Program-made: the position numbers and the translations under genes
NCBI GenBank assembly: GCA_964516805.1
Contig: CAZEXI010000004.1
Coordinates: 710 to 64,709 of the forward strand
DNA: 64,000 nt
Reading direction: 5' to 3'
Source: an uncultured Thermoplasmata archaeon
Lineage (GTDB): Archaea; Thermoplasmatota; Thermoplasmata; Halarchaeoplasmatales; Halarchaeoplasmataceae
The notes under the pieces: generated by a model
What the model saw: the letters and a program-made list of their open reading frames with translations, nothing else
Databases searched by the model: none
What the model was told of the DNA's origin: nothing
Part shown: one piece after another, positions 10,057-18,157 of the stretch
How the letters are laid out: every line of letters begins with the position of its first letter
How positions within the stretch are numbered: position 1 is the first letter of the stretch

Positions 10057-10869
10057 ATGAAGAAAACAAAATTAATTTCAGTCATCCTGATTTTTAGTCT
10101 GATTTTTGCAAGTTTGGCTATTTCTGGGTGTACGAATGAAGAAACTGAAGAACAGTTAAATCCAAAAGCTAAAATAAATGTACAAAATGCAGAATTACGT
10201 GCAACAGATTCTATGGATACCACGCCTTCCGAAGGGAATGTATACCTTTATTTGAAAGTAGAAATTGAGAGTTTGAATGAGAAAGAAGATTTATCAATAA
10301 ATCCATATAGTTTTGAGTTGGTCACAGATAATCAGACAACATATACCGCTTCATTATGGACCACAGACAATATGCCTGATAGTATAACTCCACAATCTTC
10401 TGAGACCTTTTGGATTGGTTTTGAAATACCTGAGAAAAGAGAAGGAGAAACATTACGTTTTGAACCGAGTTGGTTCCAAGAAGACCCATTCACTGCTAGT
10501 ATTCCCTCTTATGATACTACACCACCAAAAATTGCTAGTTTAGACATTTTAGATGCTGAAGAAAGGAATGAAGATTCTATGGGATTTACACCTGATGAAG
10601 GAAATATCTACCTATACGTCAATGTTAAAATAGAAAATCTAAAAGACGAAGGAGATTTGTCATTAACTGGTGCTACATTCAAAGTAGAAACAGATACTGG
10701 CTCAAAATTTAATTCTTGGGAAAAAGCAGGAGATCCCGATAGCATCACATCAGGAAATAGTACTACATTATGGGTTGGATTTGAAATACCTGAAAGTCAG
10801 ACCGGAAACACATTACATTATGAACCTATATGGGGAAATGATTTACAATTAGCAATTCCTTCATATTAA
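10057..10869 (+). CDS. Secreted lipoprotein with two tandem DUF4352-like beta-sandwich domains
   Basis: MKKTKLISVILIFSLIFASLAISGC lipobox, followed by two homologous halves (TPSEGNVYLYLKVEIESL...FWIGFEIPE / TPDEGNIYLYVNVKIENL...LWVGFEIPE). Start moved to the ATG at 10057; the ORF track begins at 9976. Confidence 0.7.
   Translation: MKKTKLISVILIFSLIFASLAISGCTNEETEEQLNPKAKINVQNAELRATDSMDTTPSEGNVYLYLKVEIESLNEKEDLSINPYSFELVTDNQTTYTASLWTTDNMPDSITPQSSETFWIGFEIPEKREGETLRFEPSWFQEDPFTASIPSYDTTPPKIASLDILDAEERNEDSMGFTPDEGNIYLYVNVKIENLKDEGDLSLTGATFKVETDTGSKFNSWEKAGDPDSITSGNSTTLWVGFEIPESQTGNTLHYEPIWGNDLQLAIPSY
10142..10161 (+). repeat. Exact 20-nt direct repeat, copy 2
   Basis: Identical to 9917..9936. 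It lies inside the lipoprotein CDS, where it encodes TEEQLN just after the lipobox Cys. Confidence 0.9.
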
Positions 10870-10997
10870 ACCCATTTTTTATCATCTTATTTTTTATAAC
10901 AATAGATTCTACTAGTATGCTATTTTTGTAATTTTATTTCTAAAAATATTCAGACTAGCTCTCTATACTTTTATCTTTCTTTATAAAGTAAAGAGGA

Positions 10998-11069
10998 AGC
11001 CACTGGCGGGAATCGAACCCGCGACCTATTCCTTACCAAGGAATCGCTATACCTCTAAGCCACAGTGGC
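10998..11069 (-). tRNA. tRNA-Thr (anticodon GGU)
   Basis: Cloverleaf read by eye: acceptor GCCACUG/CAGUGGC, anticodon arm AUUCC-UUGGUAA-GGAAU, T arm GCGGG-UUCGAUU-CCCGC. No encoded CCA. Confidence 0.9.
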
Positions 11070-11119
11070 AATCACATTGGTTTTTTTAACCTATCAATCA
11101 GCTTTATCGAGATTAGATA

Positions 11120-11557
11120 TTAATGTTTTTCGTCTTTCAGTTCGTCATAATTCCATTTTTTCTTCGTTTCTTCCACTTTCTTCAAGTAAACTCTTTCACT
11201 AATATCCCCCTCAGCCAACTTGATGTCGTAATTTTCAATCTCATTCTCTGCTCTTCTGATCATACTTTCTCTGTATCTGTCTGCTATCTTGTCCAGTGTT
11301 GCGGTTAATTTCCTACACTCCTTTGTCAATTCGTACATTATCTTCGGTCTACCATCAGGAGGAAAGATTGCATTCCGTTCTACCAATCCCCAGTCATGTA
11401 ATTCTAATAGATGTTTATCTACAGCCTGCCTAGTTATTTCCAATTCCTCAGCCAGATCATCAGGATGATCATAACCTTCTTTTAACATATCTATTATCTT
11501 ACACCTGGTGCTAGAGGAAAATAAAGACAGTAAATCTTCAGTATAATCTTTCATCAT
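11120..11557 (-). CDS. ArsR-like winged-helix regulator with C-terminal SHOCT-like motif
   Basis: TRCKIIDMLKEGYDHPDDLAEELEITRQAVDKHLLELHDWGLV is the wHTH; the C-terminus carries KLAEGDISERVYLKKVEE. Start set at the first ATG; the track uses an upstream TTG at 11593. Confidence 0.7.
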   Translation of the reverse strand: MMKDYTEDLLSLFSSSTRCKIIDMLKEGYDHPDDLAEELEITRQAVDKHLLELHDWGLVERNAIFPPDGRPKIMYELTKECRKLTATLDKIADRYRESMIRRAENEIENYDIKLAEGDISERVYLKKVEETKKKWNYDELKDEKH

Positions 11558-11588
11558 TTTAGTATAAGCAAGCGTATATTTTAACTTT

Positions 11589-11606
11589 TTCAACTTTAAA
11601 GTTGAA
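11589..11606. promoter_or_regulatory. 18-bp perfect palindrome ttcaactttaaagttgaa (candidate operator)
   Basis: Self-complementary over all 18 nt. It lies in the divergent intergenic region between the wHTH regulator and the bactofilin-like gene. Confidence 0.55.
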
Positions 11607-11650
11607 GATATTTAATCTGATTTTGTGCTTATCTAATTTTATATTCAAAA

Positions 11651-11660
11651 TAAATATAAA
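11651..11660 (+). promoter_or_regulatory. TATA-box-like element upstream of the bactofilin-like gene
   Basis: taaatataaa lies about 47 nt upstream of ATG 11703, leaving a roughly 20-nt leader with an aaaggtg SD-like sequence. Confidence 0.3.
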
Positions 11661-11702
11661 TACTAATCCTACCTTATCTATATCAACAAAAAGGTGTTCA
11701 AA

Positions 11703-12602
11703 ATGGATAAAGAAATATTAAGAAAGTTGGACGAAAGGCTTGCTAAAGGTGAAATCTCAGAGGAACTCTACAATGAAATAAAAGCAAGATATGAAGGGGA
11801 AGAAGAAGAAATAGAAGATGAAGAGATGGAAGAACTTGATGAAGAAGTAGAACTAGAGTTAAAAGAAGAAAGGGAAGAAAAAAAACCAGAAGAAAAGAAA
11901 CAAAAAAGAGTTAGTATTTCTGGAGTCTCAAAAATAGATGGCTGCAACTGTGAGATATTCCGTTCTTCAGGAGCCTCAAAAGTGAGTGGTGACCTAAAAG
12001 CAGATGACGCAGATATATCAGGATCAACTAAAATTTCAGGTGATGTTTTTGTGAAAACACTCGATTCGAGTGGAAGTCTAAAGATCGACGGTGATACAGA
12101 AGCAAAGTCACTAGACTTGAGCGGTGCTACAAAATTCGATGGGAAAGTAAAGGCGGATAAAATAGATTCAAGCGGTTCAACAAAATTTCAATCAGATATT
12201 GAAGTAAAGGATTTCGATGGATCAGGATCGTTCAAAGCAGAATCTAACATCACTTCAGACATATTCAACGCCAGTGGTGCATTCAAAATAAATGGAACCC
12301 TCAAAGGAGAGGAAATAAATCTTAACCCTGCAGGAAACTGTAAGATAAAAGAAATAGAAGGCGGAAATATAATAGTAGAAGCCGCCTCCTCAGGACTTTT
12401 ATCCTTCGGTTTTGGAGGAAGCGGTTCTTTGACAAGTGATAAAATCAAAGGAAATGAAATCTATTTAGAAAATACTAAATGTAAATTAGTGGAAGGAAAC
12501 AAAGTAAAGATAGGTCCTGGCTGTAAAATAGATACTGTCAAAGCAAAGAAACTAAAAGTTCATGAATCTGCAAGCGTAAAAAATAAAGAAAAAACAGAGT
12601 GA
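11703..12602 (+). CDS. Bactofilin-like polymer-forming protein with N-terminal SHOCT-like motif and poly-Glu linker
   Basis: N-terminus LDERLAKGEISEELYNEIKARY, then an E-rich linker, then about 10 degenerate repeats of roughly 18 aa (SG-S/A-x-K-h-x-G-D...), as expected for a beta-helical bactofilin/DUF583 fold. Confidence 0.6.
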   Translation: MDKEILRKLDERLAKGEISEELYNEIKARYEGEEEEIEDEEMEELDEEVELELKEEREEKKPEEKKQKRVSISGVSKIDGCNCEIFRSSGASKVSGDLKADDADISGSTKISGDVFVKTLDSSGSLKIDGDTEAKSLDLSGATKFDGKVKADKIDSSGSTKFQSDIEVKDFDGSGSFKAESNITSDIFNASGAFKINGTLKGEEINLNPAGNCKIKEIEGGNIIVEAASSGLLSFGFGGSGSLTSDKIKGNEIYLENTKCKLVEGNKVKIGPGCKIDTVKAKKLKVHESASVKNKEKTE

Positions 12603-15600
12603 TCATATACCTCTAGTATTTTCATACCATTTACGGATCTCGTAATCCGATACCCTTTTCTTTTTATTCTTTTTGTCTATCCTTACACCCATATTATGAT
12701 CATAGGCCCATTCCCTTATTGTTTTCTTATATTTATTGGGCCCCTCAAATTTCTTCACATTTACCAAACCGTCTGATATCCTAGCTGTGAAGGCTGCTAC
12801 CATTTCTGGACCATCAAAGACCACATGACATGTACCAAGATCAAATTTATCTTTTATCTCATCTCTAAAGTACAAGTTCAATCTATCTTTGGTGCTGAGA
12901 ACAAAATCTCCTTCAAAGCTGATATCCTCTATTTCATCAATACCTTCATCAAGCATCCAGTAAACAGTATCATCATTCTTTTTAAGGAAACCTTTGACCA
13001 TTAATCCTTCTTCAACCAGTACTGATAAGATCTTTCTCAACTCAGCCATAGGGAAATTAATACCAAGATAAGAAGATAATCGCTCTGCTGAAAACACACC
13101 AAAGTTTTCAAACATCCATTTGACTACTTCTTTTTTAGCATTCCATGGTGATATTTCAGCTGGTGGAGTTAATACGTATCTATTTTCATGGTCTCTGCCT
13201 ATGACCAGACCTTCATAAAGGTCATCGATTGCCTCTTTTGTTCTTGTTGTACTATATGGAGACTGATGATAGATGGTCCTTTTTGGAACCGGCTGCTTTT
13301 CATTGATTATCTTCTGAACTGTCTCCATTGCAGAATCGATGTCTACATTTTTTGCTGTTTTATAAATGGAAGTTTCCCTTGGTAATGCATATAAATAATA
13401 AGATGGTATCATCTTTCCAGCGTATACTTCCCCTCTTCTGTACAACCAGTCCAGTGAATAAAACTCATCTACTCTAGGCCTTAATTCAAAATCTGACCTT
13501 AACCCCTTCATCCCTTTCAATGCTTCTTTTGGATCTGTATATTTATCACCAAACACCTTCTGTCTGTAAAGGACATAAGTTTTCAGGTCTTCTTCTTCTA
13601 ATACATCTTCCACGATATTACCTTTCACCAGCATACCCTGGATCATGGTATATCCGTTTTCAAAAAATACTGACAATTTCTCTTCTGATAAGGTCGAGAC
13701 ATCCTTATTTTGATGGTTCCTTATCCTTACTATATCATATCCTTCAAGATTATGATATTCCATCATCTCATCTATTGCTTCTAGAGCTTCGTCCAAACAT
13801 GATTCATCATCAAGGTCTAGATGTCTAACTTCTATACATCCACTCATCTTCCATCTCTCTATACCACCGATGACCTCACCATCCTTAACTATAGGAAATA
13901 CCCAGTCATCGCCATATCGAGAGTAGATTTCAGCCCACATAGGTCTGGTATACGGGTCTCTTTTTGACAATATCCTCAATTTCTCATGCTCATTACCAGA
14001 GACCTCTTTCAAAATATCGACTTCATCCTGCAGTAAGTAAAGTTCCCTGCTTGAAGAACCTACCTGGATCTTTGTTACTTCGCCCTCATGGATCATACGT
14101 GATACGATCGATTCAACTTCCCTTCCGTTGAATCCAGTCTGATATCTTAGATCAGAGAATGAAATAGGACCGTTGCCTTTTATAAATCTTCTAACTATCC
14201 TTTTCTTAGCTACATCTTTATCTACTGGTTCAATATCAAGGGCTCTATACTTGTTTTTAGAAGACCAACCTTCCTTACCTGTATATTCTCTAATTATGTA
14301 GAGATTTTTATCAAGCTTCTTAACTATCTCTTTGACTCTATCATTTTTTAGATCACTTTTCTTCTTTAACTTACGCAACGTTCTAGCTTCCCCAGTTTGT
14401 ATAAGATGTAATATATTTCTCTCATCTTCGTTAAGTTCGCTATCTTCTCTATAAGCTCCAACAAATAATGGTATATCATTTTTGAAGGCATATCTTACTT
14501 TTCCTTTGATGAATCTACCTTCTACTATCTTACCATTTTCTCTCATCTCCTTCCATTTGTCAAGTGAAAAATTCTCTACTCTGTGGAAGACATCATATGA
14601 CATGCTGGCTTCTGTGAATAATTCGAAGTACTCTTCTATCGAACCCACTTTACCGAACTGTTTTTCAGCCTTGTATTCAGCTATCTTTTCCTCTGATACA
14701 TGTTCTCCTTCAGGGAATCTTAATGATTGATAATCTTCATGGAGCATGTACTGCTCTCCTTCACCCATAACTAGTCTACCTGAGACAACTTTGTTCTGCT
14801 CCACCAAATTGTTTAGGGCTTTTTGAGTCAAGTCCTCTCCAAGATCCAAAGTATAGGCTATTTCTTCTAAACTTCTAGGAGCCTCATATTCGAGATGATC
14901 TGAAATAATATTCTCAACAGATTCAAGATTCGTATCTTCCTTTTCAAGCAAACCATATTTGAATTTCCCTTCCTCAGTTATACCTTTTCTAGTAACAAGC
15001 AGTTTTCTCTCCATATCTCTTATTATATTATCGATATCTTTCAATCTCAGATTAGTCTCTTCGTAAATCTGTTTTTTAGTCTTGACACCTTCTTTTAAGG
15101 ATTCGATAACTGGGGTACTGCCGTGAGGCTGTTCACCTTGATCCAAGGAGTGTAGATAAACTTCCAAGTCTTCTGTAAGAACATATTTAACATCACCAAC
15201 CCAGATGGATTGTATCTTTCCATCATTCAACAGCTCCTTGGACCACTTTCTAACTGTATCGAATGGTTTATCTGTACGATTGAATATGTTATTACCTCTC
15301 TCATTCAATACATGGACTGGTTGTAACTTCTTGATTATGTCCAGCATCTCTTCTTTCTTGTTAAATGTAGGTTTCTTTTCAAAATAATATTCTTCGACAA
15401 CTTCACTTTCAAACTTGAATTTTTCTATCTCTTCCTTAGGGATCACCTGTTCTAGCACTTTTTGATGGAACTGTCTCAATAGAGCACTCTTATCCTCCAT
15501 CATTATAACGTCGGAGACTCCTACCATTATTACATTGTGAGCAAATGGTGATGGTGTGTTATTGTAGTCCTCTATACGTACTTCCATCTCACCTTCATCT

Positions 15601-18065
15601 ATCCACTTCAAGACCTCTTTAGCATGTTTTAGATCTAAAACCTGGTAAAGAATTTCATTGTAAGTTTCTTTAATTATCGGGAAATCATCAACACTATGAA
15701 GTCTGTCCAGTATTTTTCTAGACCTCAATTTCTGTTTTGATACTGAAATATCTCTACCTTTGTAATTCCTCAATATCATCAAAGCTCGACTTGCACAATG
15801 TCTAAATCTCTGTTTGAATAGTTCAGTATCTTTAACACAGCTCTTCAAAGTTTCATCAATATTTTTATAATCAACAAGATCGACCACTTCATCTATCTCT
15901 ATCTTTTTAGGAGTAGTTATCATGAAATTGTCATCTGTAACTGACACATTCGTATTACAGTTATATTTCTTAGAAATCTTATAAGCGAAAGCTCTGGACA
16001 GTGCGTCATTTGTCCTTCTTCCAAAGCATGCATGGAATATCAGATTATATTTACCATCCTGGTCTATATGTCCCTCTACAAGTAACCTTTTATCTGTCGG
16101 TAAATCTTTGATAACACCCATCTGTTCTTTGACATAACTTACGATTGTCTGGGCTGAACCCTTATCTATGTGGTAATTATCCATAAGCCAGTCAAGAACA
16201 TCATCATCGTTCACCCTTTCAGATAGCTTTCTTCTGAATCTGCCTATTCCAACAGATAGATCAAAGCTTCTTGGAAGCATCTCACCAGACCAGCTGGGTA
16301 CTGTTGGTTTCTTACCTGCAGCATCCTTAACAAAAACTTTTGTCCCTCTCGTATGCAGGAATTCGTACGAATGACTTCCAAGAACGAAAACATCTCCTTT
16401 AGCCAATCTCTCCACGAACTTTTCAGATAGCGTTCCCAAAGGCACCCCTTTATCAGAATAAACTCTATAACTCGAATCAGAAGGTATCGTACCTATATTC
16501 ATGTAATAGAGCATCTGAGAGCCACCCTTTTTACCGATGACTCCTTCATCTTCATTGTACCATATCTTAGGATATACTTTCTCTAGTTTTGTTCCTCCTA
16601 GATAATCCAAAACACTTAGAAAATCATCCTTGGATAAATCATGATAACAATATGATTTTTTGATGAGTTCATAAGCTTCGTCTACATCCCACCTGTGTTC
16701 GATACTCATTCCAATTATAGCCTGGGCTAATACATCTAAATTGTTTGTAGGTATGTTTACTCTATCGATCTCATGCTGATAGGCTTGATATGTCAAAACA
16801 GTACACTCTACCAAGTCATCCTTTTCGAAAACGATCATTCTTCCTTTCGAGGTTTCACCTATAGAGTGACCTGCCCTACCTACTCTCTGCAGTCCTTTAG
16901 CCACATTCTTAGGTGATCCCACCTGAACAACAAGATCGATATAACCAACATCTATACCCAATTCCAATGATGTTGAAGACACAGCTGCTTCCAATTCACC
17001 GTATTTTAATGAATCTTCAACATCCAATCGGGTCTCTTTACTTAGACTGCCGTGATGCGCAGCTATCTCTTCTATCCCTCTATCTTTCAATTTATAAGCA
17101 ACATTCTCAGCACCACTACGTGTGTTAGTGAATACCAAAGTTGTTCGATGATCCAGGACCATCTCCTTTAACTTATCGTACATCCTGGAATTGACTATCT
17201 CATAAGGCAGTAAAGTCATGTCTTCTACTGGGGATATGACAGATAGGTCCAATCTTTTCTCCCCCATGACCTCTATAATATTAACAGGTCTTGGCTTTCC
17301 ATTCTCAAAACCTCCAAGGTATTTGGCTATCTCTTCTATCGGTGCTTGTGTTGCTGATAGTCCTATCCTTGTCATCTCACTTTTTACATGGTCTTCTAGA
17401 CGTTCTGTATTTAATGAAAGGAAAACTCCTCTTTTTGATGAAGAGATCTCGTGTATCTCATCGTTAATAAAGTACTGTACATCATCGAATTTTTCTCTAA
17501 ATTTAGGCGATGATAATACCAAACCCAGACTTTCAGGAGTTGTGATAAAGATATGTGGCGGGTTCTTGGCCATCTTCCTCCTTTCTTTTTGAGATGTATC
17601 TCCAGACCTGATAGCTGTCTTAATTTCAGGAACCTTCATACCTTTCTTTTCAGCAAGTTCCTTTATCTCGTCAAGTGGTTCTTCTAGATTTTTGTGTATA
17701 TCATTAGCCAATGCTTTCAGGGGAGACACATAAACACAGTATATTTTATCTTCCAGCTCATCTTCTTTGTCCAGCTTGTACAACTCGTTGATTATAGATA
17801 AAAATGCGGTGAGTGTTTTTCCTGAACCCGTCGGTGACGATACTAGAACGTTCTCTCTTTCATGTATAAGCGGTATTGCATAACCTTGGGGCTCTGTAAG
17901 TGCATCAAATTTTTTGTTGAACCATTCAGCTATCAATGGTTCCATCAAATCAAGGATATCTTCCTTATCCTTTTCCTCTGTGACCCGTGTTATCATGGTT
18001 TCGATACCTATCGACAGTGTCGAATTCATGTCTACGATTAAGGTGTTTAATAATCTTTTCCTCAA
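12603..18065 (-). CDS. lhr: Lhr-family DEAD/DEAH helicase, long form with about 950-aa winged-helix/AlkZ-like C-terminal extension
   Basis: SSPTGSGKT, DEIH, SAT and QRVGRAGH motifs. These are followed by the Lhr WH and domain-4 signatures (LDVLAQAIIGM...; NIGTIPSDSSYRV...GDVFVLGSHSYEF). After about aa 870 come several wHTH-like modules and two YcaQ/AlkZ-like blocks. Confidence 0.85.
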   Translation of the reverse strand: MRKRLLNTLIVDMNSTLSIGIETMITRVTEEKDKEDILDLMEPLIAEWFNKKFDALTEPQGYAIPLIHERENVLVSSPTGSGKTLTAFLSIINELYKLDKEDELEDKIYCVYVSPLKALANDIHKNLEEPLDEIKELAEKKGMKVPEIKTAIRSGDTSQKERRKMAKNPPHIFITTPESLGLVLSSPKFREKFDDVQYFINDEIHEISSSKRGVFLSLNTERLEDHVKSEMTRIGLSATQAPIEEIAKYLGGFENGKPRPVNIIEVMGEKRLDLSVISPVEDMTLLPYEIVNSRMYDKLKEMVLDHRTTLVFTNTRSGAENVAYKLKDRGIEEIAAHHGSLSKETRLDVEDSLKYGELEAAVSSTSLELGIDVGYIDLVVQVGSPKNVAKGLQRVGRAGHSIGETSKGRMIVFEKDDLVECTVLTYQAYQHEIDRVNIPTNNLDVLAQAIIGMSIEHRWDVDEAYELIKKSYCYHDLSKDDFLSVLDYLGGTKLEKVYPKIWYNEDEGVIGKKGGSQMLYYMNIGTIPSDSSYRVYSDKGVPLGTLSEKFVERLAKGDVFVLGSHSYEFLHTRGTKVFVKDAAGKKPTVPSWSGEMLPRSFDLSVGIGRFRRKLSERVNDDDVLDWLMDNYHIDKGSAQTIVSYVKEQMGVIKDLPTDKRLLVEGHIDQDGKYNLIFHACFGRRTNDALSRAFAYKISKKYNCNTNVSVTDDNFMITTPKKIEIDEVVDLVDYKNIDETLKSCVKDTELFKQRFRHCASRALMILRNYKGRDISVSKQKLRSRKILDRLHSVDDFPIIKETYNEILYQVLDLKHAKEVLKWIDEGEMEVRIEDYNNTPSPFAHNVIMVGVSDVIMMEDKSALLRQFHQKVLEQVIPKEEIEKFKFESEVVEEYYFEKKPTFNKKEEMLDIIKKLQPVHVLNERGNNIFNRTDKPFDTVRKWSKELLNDGKIQSIWVGDVKYVLTEDLEVYLHSLDQGEQPHGSTPVIESLKEGVKTKKQIYEETNLRLKDIDNIIRDMERKLLVTRKGITEEGKFKYGLLEKEDTNLESVENIISDHLEYEAPRSLEEIAYTLDLGEDLTQKALNNLVEQNKVVSGRLVMGEGEQYMLHEDYQSLRFPEGEHVSEEKIAEYKAEKQFGKVGSIEEYFELFTEASMSYDVFHRVENFSLDKWKEMRENGKIVEGRFIKGKVRYAFKNDIPLFVGAYREDSELNEDERNILHLIQTGEARTLRKLKKKSDLKNDRVKEIVKKLDKNLYIIREYTGKEGWSSKNKYRALDIEPVDKDVAKKRIVRRFIKGNGPISFSDLRYQTGFNGREVESIVSRMIHEGEVTKIQVGSSSRELYLLQDEVDILKEVSGNEHEKLRILSKRDPYTRPMWAEIYSRYGDDWVFPIVKDGEVIGGIERWKMSGCIEVRHLDLDDESCLDEALEAIDEMMEYHNLEGYDIVRIRNHQNKDVSTLSEEKLSVFFENGYTMIQGMLVKGNIVEDVLEEEDLKTYVLYRQKVFGDKYTDPKEALKGMKGLRSDFELRPRVDEFYSLDWLYRRGEVYAGKMIPSYYLYALPRETSIYKTAKNVDIDSAMETVQKIINEKQPVPKRTIYHQSPYSTTRTKEAIDDLYEGLVIGRDHENRYVLTPPAEISPWNAKKEVVKWMFENFGVFSAERLSSYLGINFPMAELRKILSVLVEEGLMVKGFLKKNDDTVYWMLDEGIDEIEDISFEGDFVLSTKDRLNLYFRDEIKDKFDLGTCHVVFDGPEMVAAFTARISDGLVNVKKFEGPNKYKKTIREWAYDHNMGVRIDKKNKKKRVSDYEIRKWYENTRGI

Positions 18066-18157
18066 ATATCTATGAAAATAATATTTATCCTACATTGCCT
18101 ATTTATATATTTTAGACATTACTGGTGATAATATAAATAATTAAAAGAAAAGGGATT

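Noticed and set aside
9915-10223. 102-aa minus-strand ORF across the lipoprotein promoter and 5' region
   Set aside because: It overlaps the signal-peptide region of a well-supported plus-strand gene, has an I/F/N/K-rich composition, and its apparent internal repeat (FNCSSV) only reflects the 20-nt DNA repeat.
10870-11119. Integrated mobile element at tRNA-Thr (likewise at tRNA-Val 27289-27362 and tRNA-Phe 33668-33740)
   Set aside because: No integrase, transposase or duplicated tRNA 3' segment (att-like repeat) was found near any of the three tRNAs.
11925-12330. Periodic repeat that could be mistaken for a repeat array or CRISPR
   Set aside because: The roughly 54-nt periodicity is degenerate at the DNA level and lies in-frame inside a CDS, where it forms the roughly 18-aa beta-helix repeats of the bactofilin-like protein. 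There is no spacer/repeat structure, and no CRISPR array was seen anywhere in the window.
12603-18065. Intein or gene fusion artefact as the explanation for the 1820-aa helicase
   Set aside because: The helicase motifs I-VI and the Lhr WH/domain-4 signatures are contiguous, with no Cys/Ser...His-Asn splice-junction blocks interrupting them. The extra length is all C-terminal.
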